Source: Lama guanicoe (lineage: Eukaryota). Taken from it: a DNA stretch of 64,000 nt. Shown here piece by piece: positions 63,898 to 64,000 of the stretch (the stretch's first letter is position 1; the number at the start of each line of letters is the position of its first letter). The DNA lies in assembly GCA_013239625.1 (NCBI GenBank), contig MU054323.1, forward strand, positions 1,488,001 through 1,552,000, given 5' to 3'. The translations under genes were made by a program, and so were the position numbers. The notes beneath the pieces are model-generated. The model was given only the letters and a program-made list of their open reading frames with translations, was not told where the DNA came from and searched no databases.

Positions 63898-64000
63898 CCT
63901 CTTATTATGAGGAAGAACAACCAAAAAAATGTGTTCTCTTTTAACATAAAGAGGAAAACTATATGATTTTCAAGTAACTGGAAAAAAATCTAAGAATGTT

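Noticed and set aside
63687..63966. Poly-Lys and poly-Phe ORFs
   Set aside because: Produced by an interrupted poly(A) tract whose ttt/ccc interruptions look like homopolymer sequencing noise.
1..64000. CRISPR arrays, operons or other prokaryote-type systems
   Set aside because: The sequence is clearly mammalian, with spliceosomal introns and SINE/LINE/LTR content, and no regularly spaced repeat-spacer array is seen.

Overview
Mammalian genomic DNA, probably camelid: a tRNA-Ala-derived SINE of the camelid Vic-1 type lies at ~43.3 kb. The window holds the 3' ends of two convergent genes. On the + strand are the last two coding exons of VSNL1 (visinin-like 1/VILIP-1; 14628-14843 and 19014-19211) plus its 3'UTR, preceded by ~14.6 kb of GC-richer intron. 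On the - strand are the last 14 coding exons of SMC6 (63544 down to the stop at 28889; 1930 nt, 642 complete codons plus stop, all GT-AG with consistent phases), covering the hinge, C-terminal coiled coil and ATPase C-lobe, plus its 3'UTR. The rest is intronic or intergenic and rich in LTR, L1, L2, MIR and DNA-transposon relics and microsatellites. Repeat family names are recognised by eye and their boundaries are approximate. I found no convincing novel multi-gene system. The best leads are regulatory: an 8-nt duplicated splice donor at the penultimate SMC6 exon, three perfect Pumilio elements in the proximal SMC6 3'UTR, a candidate SMC6 poison exon, a sense MER21-like LTR that could splice in frame into VSNL1, and a two-LTR MLT1 provirus between the genes.
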